This document shows positions 21,651 through 33,348 of a stretch of DNA of 64,000 bases, one piece after another (positions within the stretch are counted from its first letter, which is position 1; each line of letters opens with the position of its first letter). Origin of the DNA: Neophaeotheca triangularis. Lineage: Eukaryota. The notes under the pieces are model-generated. The model was not told the DNA's origin, ran no database searches, and saw only the letters and a program-made list of their open reading frames with translations. The stretch lies in the NCBI GenBank assembly GCA_054600435.1, contig BAAIJX010000012.1:186001-250000 (forward strand), written 5' to 3'. The position numbers and the translations under genes are program-made.

Positions 21651-24600
21651 TCATGTACTTCTATTCGCATTCGCCGTCTCAGGAAAGACGATTCTAACAA
21701 CCTCATCCACAAGCGTAAAGATCAGGTGCGTACTGCGAAACACACGTCAGCAAGCGAATCATCTTCAACCCGAAGCCCGCAAAAGCTCAGCCGAGGCGGC
21801 CGAGAAGAAGGGGATGAGGAACACGTACTTCAGCCTCTCGTTATTAATCAACGCCATGATTTTCCGACTCGCAGCCTTTGCATTTGACCTTCCCACGACA
21901 CTCCCGGCCAAATCCGGCAACAGCGTACTCAGCAACAAACCCGCCTCCTTGCGCGTCCGAGCCTTTTCCACAGCCGTCCTAGGCGTCCCAGGCGTCCGCA
22001 TCTTGCCATCAGGCCACATGACATCCCGCAGAAGCTTTACATAGCCCGCCAGACTTTCATCTTGCAAACCCGCTTTCGCGCCATCGCGGACTTTGCGCTC
22101 GATAGTGCCACCAAGAAGCTGATGCAGGACGACGACGACAGTGCGCCCGCGAAGCCAGCTGTTACCCTTGGCGAGCTCGAAAGTCTCGAGGAAGAGGTCG
22201 CAAATGGGCTTGACGAAGGGTTCGAGCTCTTTAGTAGTTTCGTAGGCATTGAGCTCGGCTTCAGCCTCGGCGGCAGTCGCGGGGTCTTGCGTCGCGGGAT
22301 CGAGGTTATCCACCGCGCTGCTGGGGTCGTTCATTTGCGCTGTTGCGGCGGTTATGAGGTTTTGCCCCGCCGTGGAGAGTTGGTCCAGGACGGGGATGTT
22401 GCCAAGAAATTCTTCCATGCCGTCGGAAACGGAATTGTAGATACGAGTTACGAAGTCGCGGGCGTCGACTTGGTTGCCGTTGGCGCCGTTGGAGGTGATG
22501 GCGGATTGCGAGAGGAAGGCACGGAGTTCGCGGCTGCGACATATGGCTGGGACGAGCAAGAGGGATCGGAGGTAGCGTTCGAGAGTGATGCGGCGTTTTT
22601 GGAGAAAGTCCTTTTGGAGTGTGAAAAGGGTTTGTCGGCGCGGGAACTCGAGGTCGCGTACTGCAGCGAAGCGTGCCCGAAGCCGTTTATGCAACTCGTG
22701 GAACTGGCTGTATCGTCGAGTGACGGCCCATGCAGCAGCTGGTACTTGATCTCCCGCCTGTCTTCTGACCTCGATAACGTACATGGCAAACTCATGTCCA
22801 TCGTCTTCGCGGCCGACCATGACGGATTTAATATTGATAGCTGCACGGCCATACAAGCTGTTGTCGCTCTCTTGCGTCACGTACTGCTGTTTCTGCATTT
22901 CCTTACGCTTGATCTCGCGCTGCAGACTCTGCTCAGACTTTCGCAAGATCCTCAGCTCAGCCGTGTTGTTGGTGAGCTCGGCTTTGGCGCTCAGAGAATC
23001 CACGATATTCTTCTGAGCGGCCAACCTCTCAATCTCAGCATTGAGCGCGTCGATTGCCTCTGAAAGTCCTAGGTCTCCGGGCGCAGCTTCCCGTACTTGA
23101 TCCCGATCGTCGTCTGTCGGAGCATCCGAGTCTTCTCGCTCGTCCTCGGCAAATTTCTGTGCTTCGTCGCCGAACAGGTCATCAACAAACACGCCTCGAC
23201 TAGAAGGTGCACCAACAAGACCCAAAGACGCAATACTGGGCTTATTCGACTCCGAAGACCGGTTAGACAGGGGCGGCCTCCCTTGATCTACAGACTTCCG
23301 CTTCACCTCGCCATCGAAAGACTGCTTGCTCGCGCCGTCCCCGAAGAGGGAGTTCTTTTCATCGTCGTCGCCGACAATATTATCCAGAGCCAGCTGCATC
23401 GCGTCAACAGCTTGCGCCTGATCCTGCGCTTGCTGTCCGTTCTCGTTCTCAGACTCCACGCTACGCAGGCTCGACACCGACTGCGTCATGTGCTCGTCCT
23501 CAACATCGTCTTCGAAGAGCGAGGGGCGTTTACCAGTGTCGTCTAGCGAACGTCGCGCTTCGCCAAAGGCGCTGTTCGATCTCGACGAGCTCCTCAAATC
23601 AGTGCTTGACAACACCGCCCGACGCAATTCGGGCTCCTTATTCGACGCAGCGAGCAGGGGTTTGCGCACTTTGACCGGCGATGTTTCTTTGTCGCTTGCG
23701 CTTGTGGGCGCAGGATTCGAGCCGAGCTGTTTGCTTTGCACAGCTGCGAGCGCAGTGTCGTCTTCCACGGCGAGCCATTTGTAGAACAGATCTGACTTCT
23801 TAAACTCCTGGAAACTCGTGTCTTTGATCCTCTCATAGACTTCTGTCTGCGTCCTGAGTACCGCCTGCCGAGCAGCTACGTAGTCCTGATGCGATGCCTG
23901 CTTCCCAGCGTCGAGATACCGCTTTACAGCCTGTGTTGCAGAATCGGAAGTCTGCAGTTCAGGCTTGCTAAGGTATCCGTCGTACATCTGCGAAATGTCC
24001 ATCCGGTCGGCCTCTGCACCAGGGCCGGGCTCGTCAGTATCTCCCTCGAGCGGGTTCCTATAACCGTCGACCACGATGAAGAACTGAACGAGTTTCATAA
24101 GCTGCTTTCGATCCATGAACTCCATGAAGTAGCTTAGCCCAGATGCGTCGTATAGCAGACTACGCAGAGACGATTGCTTCTTTCTGGCCGTCGCGTCTCC
24201 GTTACTACCGAAGGTTTGCACAGAAAGGGCTGGCTTTGCCCTAGAGCTATCACCAGAGCCAAAACTGGCAACCTTCTGATCGAGCAGCCTCTTTCCAGTT
24301 TCCAATCTCCGTAGATACACTGCATCATGATTCTCCCCCGCCGAGTCCCTTCGCAGCTGGCTGACAACCTCACTCCGGAACCTTCTTGCATCCGAAACGG
24401 TATTGACATGCCGTATCGCGCGAATGAAGCGCTCAAACTGCCTCTCAGTATCAGAAGGCCTCAGCCTAGGGAATTGAGCATGCCTCGCGCCACTCTTCCC
24501 CGTCTTGGGCGAAGCAGGCGCGTGCTGATCCAATGCAGCCCTCAGCTTCCGAATCTGCTTCCGATCATGCAACATGCCCTGCCCGACGCTCACAATCAAC

Positions 24601-25457
24601 TGGTTCCACGTATCCGGATCCTGCAGCAACTGAAAAACCGGCGCCAACACAGCGCAAGCCACAATCTCCCGCACCAACACCGTAACGGCGGAACTACTCT
24701 GCATGTTCCCCGGCAGCACCACCGGCAACAACCTCCCCACCAACCCACGCAAATGCTTCTGCCTCGCGACCCCAGTATCCGAATACCCCAGCAAAGCAAC
24801 CGCATGCACCTTCCCATTCCTATACTTCCCCGCGACCGCGAGATCCAACTCCTCACTCTCCGTAACCATATGGCTCAAATCCTTACCCCTAACGACGCGC
24901 TCCGCATCATAGAACTCACGCATATGCCCCGTAAGCAGCGGCAAAAGCCTCGCGACGCCGATTTCGACGATATCGAGTTCGAAGACGCGCGCGGAAACGG
25001 CGACGAGGACGGAGCGCACGACGCGGTCGATTTCGTTTTGGAACAAGGGCCGCGGGCTGATGCTGCCGTACCAGCTTGTGACGTAGTCGCGCAGGATGAG
25101 GTCGAGGAGGTCGTCGACGGCGCGGGAAAAGGCGCGCACGTGCGGAAAGATGGTTGGGCGGCGGTACTCGGCTTGGGCGCCGAGAGTGGCTTTCTCTTCT
25201 TCCCAGACAGCAGGGTTGGCGGTGAAAGCGGGGGCGAGTGGTCGGCGGCGGGTGCTGGTTTTGGAGGCGGAGGCATCATGGTTGATGGGTCTGCTGGTGC
25301 TGAGGACGAGGTATGCGAGTGCCAGGAGGGTGGTGGTTGCGCCAGCGAGGAAGGCGTGCGGGATCCAGCGTAGGGAGGGTAGCCAGTCAGTCAGGTAGGC
25401 CCAGGCGATGAACGCGGCCAGGGCTCCAAGGGCCAGATGCTTGCGATGCAAGCCCAT
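21651..25457 (-). CDS. MDM1: Mdm1/SNX13-14-type PXA-RGS-PX-Nexin_C protein, ~1236 aa; exons 25457-21829, 21732-21651
   Basis: Two N-terminal TM helices; PXA (LILRDYVTSWY), RGS-like (GLSYFMEFMDR), PX (WAVTRRYSQFHELHKRL, LERYLRSLL) and Nexin_C (NSWLRGR, MWPDG). Intron 21828-21733 gives the C-terminus LNTHLIFTLVDEVVRIVFPE. Confidence 0.92.
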
Positions 25458-26096
25458 GGTGCGAAAGGCGAAGGGGGCGGCCTCGAGACATGTCGCGGCC
25501 GGAGTGCTTTGTTGCGGAGGGAAAGCCGGTGCTTCGACGTGGGTACGAGGGGTTGAATTGAACATTCACAGCGGGCGCTGCTGACATCACCTGTTGCACC
25601 TGATGAGAGTCAATACATAAAACAAGTAATACATGAAACTAGCCATTGAATGCCGCACTGGGCCGATCGAGTGAGCGATCGCATCGTCAGACGAGATCCA
25701 AACGTGAGTTGAAAAGTCCAACGATGGTTGCAGGTGGTCCAGAACATGGCACGTCAACAAAGGGCACATCTCCATCGCTATCACAAGATTATCTAAACAA
25801 ACCATACCATAAGACTACTAACACAGGGTATCCGCCGCACACGAGCACACAAAGATCCAACGAAACACGCCCACCAAAAACCACGAACCCAGCACAAAAC
25901 TTGTAGACCGCCACTCTTTTTCTTCCCTCTTTACGTTTCCCGCTCACCACCAACACCTTCCCCCAACCCCAAGACACCCACACAACAACTTTTCCCCAAC
26001 CACCACCCCCACATCATTGGAATCCAAACTCTTGACACTCCTTTCCTCTTCCCCACGCTCCCTAGCATCCCACTCATGTGGCAGCACCCTAGGATC

Positions 26097-28432
26097 CTAC
26101 CACTTGGTGCCCTGCCCCTCGTACGCGCCAGCGTCGAGCGCGGGGATGCTGAAACCATAACCCTGCGTATGGCCTTTAGGATCGCCTTGTTGGATTTCGA
26201 CGCGGATGGTCACGTCGAGACCGTCGATACCGCTGAGATTGGTCTTAGTATAGCCGCTTGCGGCGGCATGGGTGGTGCCTGCTGAGACTTCGCCCGGGTG
26301 GAGGGGTTCGCGCGGGTTTTTGGGCGGGTTGAAAGGTTTGCTCTCGTCAGCAGAGGTGCCGTTGATCATGCCGCCGTCCGCGTGGCCGTTGGTAGCGGCT
26401 TCGGCGGTGTGAGAGTGGGATTCGCTGATGATGGCGTAGTTCCTGCTTGGCATAGTTGCGTGGTTGCTCTCGGCGGTTTTGGGCTTGACGCCATCTTGGC
26501 CAGCGCCGGGGTTCTTGTCGAAGAGCTCGAGGAGGGTCTCGTCGGTCTCGTCGTCGAGGTGATGGATCTTGTTGCGCTTGGCGAGAATGTTGGCGACTGC
26601 TGTCGGAGGCGGCTTATTTGTGATGGCCGAAGAGATGACGTTGGGCATGTAGCGCCAGTCTTTCTCGGCCGGAATGTTCAAGTCGGGATTGCTGTAAAAG
26701 CGACCCATGGCTGCGAGGTGGACGTCGCCGCCTAGAATAGTGACACGGACGTTATGTTTCTTTGCGAGATCCTGAAGACGATGAATAAGCTGCTTGCGCT
26801 CTTTCTTGTGCTGATGCGCCGTGTAGTGGTCGTCCAAGTCGTCCAGCAGATCTGGGTTTCCGTCGAAGTGGTTGAAGATGCCACCAGCGACACCAAAACG
26901 CTTGTTCATGAAGCGAAGCACACCAATCAGAGGACTCCGCAAAATGTTTTCCAGCCATTGTAGCCTAGGGTAGGCAATAGGAACGCCAAGAAGAAGCACC
27001 AGATGGCGTATCGAACCATTGCTCTTAGCAATCTCAGAGGACGCATGACGGAAAATCATGTCATAGGTCTCGGGATAGTTGATCTGGTGACGGGTACGTT
27101 CCGTGCGAGCGTCGATGCCCACCAAAGCAATGCGTTTGCCGAGTTGACAGTACAGATTGCGACTTCTCTCTTCCACGTACGGACCTGGGCGAGGGCCAAT
27201 GATGTACGATGGGTCCTCATTCTGCTCGACCCTGACGTAAGTATCTTTCAACTGAACAGAGTCCGCGGTTGTTCCATCGTCATTCTCCCGTGTGGTCTGC
27301 GGTGCGTCTGTGGTGAAAGTCGAGACCGGTGGAGGCAAATGATGTTGGAAAAGCATGTAGTACTTTTGCGCTACACCACCAATACCGCGGAACACTGCAC
27401 ATTTCATGAAGTGATCGGTGTATGATCCGAAACCTGAGAATACAATCAGTAAACCGAAAAAGACGCTTTGGCGTAAAAACGGTACCTACCATCAATGATG
27501 TCGTGGTCGTCCCAAATGTTGAGCTGGGGGATTTGGCCATTGGCGGACGAGAAAGGTTCCAAATTGTACCATTTGGTGTAATTGTTGAAGTAGTACTCGT
27601 CACACTGTTGCCTCATGTCCTCGTTGAATGGAAATTCGCGCCTCTTGTGCGGATTCGCTATATCCGTCCACGGCTTGAGCGGCCCATCCACACGCACGCT
27701 ATCGTTGTAGATCTGGTCTCCGCCTCCTATCATGACATGGAAAGGCTGCTTCTCATGCATGCGCAAGACGTCATTCCAGAGCGCCGGCCCCTTCCACGCA
27801 TCCTCGTCCGTGCCGACGGAGAAGCCGTTGCAAGAGTGGAACATGATGCGCATGCTCTCGTGCTTGGAGGGCACGCTGAAGCGTTTGGCCTTCTCGAGGT
27901 TGGGCCTACCACCTTTGGCGTGCATCGACGGGATGATATACTCCCAAGTCGACTCGTACTCCTGAAGGGGCAGGGAAATCTCGTACCGCCAAAAACCTTT
28001 CCACGGGTCTTCGTAGAGCTTGACAGCGGGAAAGCTCGAGTCCCGAGGCGCTGAGTAGCCGTTGGCTATGCCGTCGCCATCAACAGCGCCTACACAGCTG
28101 AGACGCAGGTGTTGTGGGTTTTGACCAGGGGTGGTACAGATCAAGACACTGCCGTGCCAGGTAGGGTTTTCACTGAAGGCATCGCCCATGCGCCTGTAGT
28201 TGAGCAACGGCCCGCACATGACCTCGACATCGTCGCTAGTACTCAAAATCTGGGGCCCAGTCCCGACCCCCTGATCCTGCGAAGGTATTTGTCGTTGTGT
28301 TTGCTCATTGTTGACGGTGCTGCCAGGCCCGATGTCTCCGTATCCATTCGGTACTCCGTTCTGTTGCTTTACGTCGACCTGCCCCAACCTATTCTCCAGC
28401 TCTTCGCCCGACGCTGGCACATTGTCCACCAT
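26097..28432 (-). CDS. PhoD-like metallophosphatase-domain protein, ~759 aa; exons 28432-27490, 27433-26097
   Basis: Motifs FHSCNGFS, HVMIGGGDQIYND, WDDHDIIDGFGSY (spanning intron 27489-27434), DARTER, LGVPIAYPRL and LGGDVHLAA. Confidence 0.88.
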
Positions 28433-29427
28433 GGCCGCGTTGTCGACTGCGATTGCGCTCGGCGGCTAGCAGGGAAACCAATCGGTATGCGCACTCGTGG
28501 TGGCTCTGGTCTGGTCCTTTGAGAATAATGCAGTAAATGGACAAGGTGTATGCGTATTCCGAAAGTCTTTTCGATATCAGCAAGAAGTGTAAGGATTGTT
28601 GATAAAGGCAAGGCTATGGTACAAGTTCCTGAGGATACAGCGCGATCGAGTCAAGATGAAGAGGAAGGAGGAGGAGGAGAGGACGAAGGACGGCGACGAG
28701 GCCAACCAATGCCAGCGGCTGGAAAGGTGCATCAAGGTGTACCGCAACTTGTAAGTGCCCAGCCTCCTACCGCGGATCCCTACGCTCCTGGACAAACAGA
28801 TAACGACAAGACTCTTCCATCATTTGCAGGTTGCTGCCAAGCTCATCGACTTCCTAGTCATCTCCACTTGCTAAGATCAATCTTAAACTCGCCAGCGCAA
28901 GCTTCGTCTTTCTTCACTCTTCACTGCAGACCGACCAGTACTTTTACTGCTGTATACGTGCTTCTCGGACATTCGATTGCTACAGCAACAACAGCTTACA
29001 CAGTACACTTGGCAAACGACATCAGCTGTTGCACATACCGGTATACCTAGGTACCTTACTTTTTGGAGCTACTGTACATACTATAACGCATACTCTACTG
29101 CTGTCACCAGCCACGACCAGCCCCCAAAGCCAGATTCCACCAACCAAATAACCCTAAAAGTCGGCCCGCCGCAGGGTTTGGACTACTGCAGCCTAATCTT
29201 GTCGGCCAAAACCCTGACCCACCTAATGTTTGTCGTATAAGTTCAAACAGGTAGCCGTGAACCTCCAAGCTCGAATAATGTCAAAGGTGCAGCTCCGCCT
29301 CGAACGACAACAGCACAAGAAAGAGGTCAAATAAGTCTTCTTCCCGGCCCACTACCATGCAAGTGATTCCACCGCTCATCACGCCCACTTGAACCAGAAA
29401 AGCCTCCAAGTGCACTCACCTAGCCAT

Positions 29428-30705
29428 TCACTCCTCATAAACCACAAACTCCCCAACCCCAACCCCATCTAAATCCCTCTCCGCATCGACGACAACCACA
29501 GCCCGCTTCCTCTCAACCGGAATGCTCACACAAGACATCCTCAACACCTTCCCTGCCGCCACCGTCTCCTCAACCCCCTTGACTTTCCTCTTCCTGCTCC
29601 CCATCTTCCTACCCCCATTCCCCCCGGCAAACCGCCAGCTCCGCTCAAGCTTCTCCGTCCGCGTAGCAGGTCTCGGGATCATCTTCGCCGAAGGTCGATC
29701 ATCGCGACTACTGCCTCCTGGCGTCACACGAGCAGCCGCAAGCCCAGGAATCTGCAGATTGCGCGGACGGCCTTTGTAAAGCTTGCGCTTCTTCTGCTTC
29801 CGCCCGCTCAATTTCGCAGCAGATGTCGACATAGCCTCTTTGCCGGCTGCTCCCCCTTCCTCAAGCCCTTCTTCCGCGCCGATCTCAGTTCCCGCGAACC
29901 AGTCGGTCTCGTTCGCCTCAGAAACTCCTGCCACAGCACCCATCATCCCCAGCTCAAAGGGCTGTGACTCCCCCTTCTCCTCAGGAGGGTAAGCGTACTT
30001 CTCCACCACGCTCGCGTGCAGTTCAAACAGCGGGTCGAGAGCGTCATCACCCATAGCTGAAGGCTCGTAATCGGGAGCAGGCAAGCCAGAAAAGTCACCC
30101 CACTCCGGGTACGCGAACCCGGCTTCCAGGTCATCCCAGAGCATATCGTTGGAGTGGATACGATGACCGGGGAAATTAAGGGATGGTGACGCTTCTTTCT
30201 GAGCTGTCGTGGAGGTTTTAGTGTTGGAGGTTTCGCCGGGCGGTTTGATTGCGTTTTGGTAGGTGCCGAACATGCCGCCTTTCTTTGGGGGAAGTTTGCG
30301 GGAAGGTGAGGCGGTTGGCTTGGGGTGCTTTTGAGTCGTAGGCGAAGTTGGTGGCTTGTAGCCCGCCTTTGAGACTGTGGTAGATTAGTGTAAGTGAGGA
30401 TTCCCTCGGCAAAGTGAACTTGCCGTCCTACCTGCACACCTGACGTCGCTTGGTTTGACTTCGTGCTCACTTGCGCTCGCTTTGACAGGCTTCCTCGTGT
30501 GGAACTGTTTGAAGAAACCGGGTAGGTGGTTTGAGCGAGTCTGTTTGGGTTGCTGATCGTAGTCGCTGTCCTCGGACTCGCAGATATCGGGGTGGAGATC
30601 CTCGTCTGTGTTCTTGAGGCCATGGATGTCTTCGTAGTAGGGGGATTGGTAGGTGGTGTGGCGCATAAGTTTGCGGCCGGTTTTGGGGGGAGTCGGGTAA
30701 TCCAT
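29428..30705 (-). CDS. Hypothetical, largely disordered protein, ~406 aa; exons 30705-30432, 30374-29428
   Basis: Intron 30431-30375 (GTAGGA...CTAAT...CAG) joins ORF 30385..30705 to ORF 29428..30273 in frame. Acidic middle region and basic NLS-like tracts (RKQKKRK, SRKRK). No recognised domain. Confidence 0.55.
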
Positions 30706-31076
30706 GCTGGCTGTGTTGTTAGTGTCTTCTGAAATTGTACTTGTTGGGGTTGTGCTTCGAGGCAGAGTGTTTGAGGAGTATGCCCCAGGGAACTAGTGAG
30801 AAGGTGACAAATCCAAAGGAAGGGAGAAAGAGAGGCAGTATATAGGAGAAAGATAGACTCAGTGGAAAGGCAGAAGCTCTTCGAGTCCGAAAGTACAAAG
30901 TAGGGCACGTGCAGCTGAGGCGAGTGAACAAGAGTAAGCCTACGTTAACAACGTATTAAGTCTGCCAGTCTTCACGCAAATGAAGCACACTCTTCAACCA
31001 GAGTCTACTGACCGTGAGAAAAACGCCATAGAAAGCCTTGAGTTCTTTCCGTACGCATCGTCAACACACACCTCCC

Positions 31077-31443
31077 CTACATTTTCGGCTTTCCGTCCGT
31101 CTTACTCGTCCCCAACGCCCCCCGATCATCCTTAGTGACCTCAGTCTCACTAGTCTCAGCTTTCAAACTGACCGGGTCGCCCAACTGCGACGGATTGCCC
31201 TTATCCATCTTGTCCTGCGCAATCTGCTTTAGCGACTTGTTCTCGTTGTCGTTGCTCTTGGCTCCGAGGTCCTTTTCGGTGGGTTTGGTGTTGGAAGTCT
31301 CGGCTTTGAGGGAGACGGGGTCGCCGATTTGCGACGGGTTTGTTTCGTTCTTATCTTCGGCGATGTTCTTGAGGGATTTCTAGTGGGTGTTAGCGCAGGG
31401 CTTTTGGATGGTGGGTTTTGGGGAGTGGTACTGAGGGTGCCAT
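31077..31443 (-). CDS. Small hydrophilic two-repeat protein, 104 aa (not in ORF track); exons 31443-31432, 31379-31077
   Basis: MAPS, intron 31431-31380 (GTACCA...GCTAAC...TAG), then KSLKNIAEDK..NPSQIGDPVSLKAETS...KSLKQIAQDK..NPSQLGDPVSLKAETS...KPKM*. The repeat is conserved at protein level with synonymous DNA differences. Confidence 0.8.
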
Positions 31444-32110
31444 GTTGGATGTGTTTTCGGGATTGAGGATTCTCAGGGAGGGTCGTGGTGCGTGTCTGGT
31501 ATTGTCGTGACAGAGAAATAGCAAACTTGAAGATGTTTGGGAGTACTATCAAACAGCGACATGGTCGGGATGTCTAGCCGCAACCTTTAATGGAATGTCG
31601 TCACGTCGTTCATCGACGCATTTGGATCGACGGGGACCTCGGTTGTTGTGAAGTCGCGCCTCCGATCTCTTTAGATCTAAGTCGACCCCGAACTGGCATA
31701 TGATCGGACACCAGACGATTCAGATGCTCGCTTTGTTGCCGCTACAAGGATAACATGGATACCTTATCTGCTTCTCGTATTGCACAACAAATCTTATCTG
31801 TATGGTGCGTTGATCTATAGTGTTTTGGGGAGGTTCATTCATTGTTTCCACAAGCAATTGCCGAGAGTCGGCGTTTGCAGCAGGCCCCCAAACCGACTCT
31901 GTCCCAGCCACGCGATAACTTCGCATCTTGCCCTTGGTAGGGGGTAGATAGGGTAGTAGGTCGTTCACGTAGTCGTTCGAATACATATGTCGTACGACCC
32001 AAAACCTCTGATTATTGCATGCAGACAATCGTGCTCTTCCATCAATTCAGCGCCATGACTCCGGTTCGCCAGATAGACCCAGTGGTATCTCATCGCATCG
32101 CAGTTATGCT

Positions 32111-32963
32111 TCACACCTCCGCGACGGCTCTAGCGAAAAGCGTCCTCATCCTCTTCAACATGCCTCCGAGCCCGACATCCCTGAACGCCTCCATGGCACC
32201 CTCAATTCCGTCCTCCTCCAGAACAGGCTGACACTTCACAATCTCAAACTCTTTCCCACCCATATCCATCTCGAACCAACACTCCTCCCCCTTCCCTTCC
32301 GAATCCAATCCCACAAATACAAATCTCAGCCTATCCATAGCACCCGCCCCTTCGATCCTCAAACCCAAACACTCCTCCCAAAACCGCAGCTCGGGTGAAT
32401 TGTGCTTAGCCTGCGCATCCAGAGCACGCTGATGCGCCGCTTGCGCTTCTCGACGCTGCTTGATAGCAGCTTGAGTGGCGGCAATCTCGGACTTCAGGTG
32501 CTCGCGACGGGCCATGTGCTCCTCGCGCTGTGATTTCAAGGATGCGATGGCATCGTGTAACTCGTCGCTCTCGATCTGTTCCTTCTCCAGCGACTGCGCG
32601 TGTTCAGCGGATTTGGAGTCCAAGTTTGCGATCTCTTGTCGACGGGTTCGTTTTGAATCTGAGATAGTGTTAGATATCGTCGCGCGGCTCGCAACAGCAG
32701 ATGCTTATAGACTCATGCTTACCCTCAATCTCTGCTAAGTTCATGCGGAAGGCGTTGCGTTCATCCAACACGCGCTTCCTGCCTTTCTCTATGAACTCAT
32801 CGAAGCGGGACGTAAAGTGTGCCATGCGCTCACGCAGATCATTGAAGTTGAAGTCGATGCTGGGGAGAGAGTCGGCCATGGATGGGTTTTGCGAGGCGAA
32901 TGCGCTCTGTGAGTTGTTGAAGGAGGTGCCGAAGCGATTCGGTGTCATTGTTGCTGCTGCCAT
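32111..32963 (-). CDS. SPC25: Kinetochore Ndc80-complex subunit Spc25, ~262 aa; exons 32963-32723, 32658-32111
   Basis: LPSIDFNFNDLRERMAHFTSRFDEFIEKGRKRVL, long coiled coil, and C-terminal RWD-like PELRFWEECLGLRIEGAG..DRLRFVF. Intron 32722-32659. Confidence 0.9.
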
Positions 32964-33348
32964 GTTGCGAAGTCTGAGCTGAATTGAGTGTTTGGGCTTT
33001 ATGGTGTATGGCAAAGGTTCTCGATAGTAGATGTGTATTGTTGCTGGTCAGCCTGGGTCATTGGAGAGCGCGACACCGAATTGTCAACAAAGAGCGGCGC
33101 TAGTTGTCGGTCCGGCCCGGTTGCTACATGGCCCAACGCGCTAGCACTCCAAGCCGAAGAACTTCACAAAAAGTTCGAGTCCAAGGCTGCCTTCAAATCA
33201 AATGCGCCAGATATTTTTTTTCACACAGCTGCAGCCGGTCTGCTTCAAAGCTGTCTCTGACAAAAGGGCATATCACCTTCATCTACAAATCCGGCCATGA
33301 CTATAGACGTGCGAGCTATCATAGAGCGAGGACCGCGTGAGAAGCCGA

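Noticed and set aside
29036..29056. Nested short palindromes (GGTATACC, TACCTAGGTA) and other CTAG/GTAC-rich patches (13604-13620, 17369-17395)
   Set aside because: Short low-complexity TA-rich motifs without terminal repeats, target duplications or transposase remnants; no mobile element can be supported.
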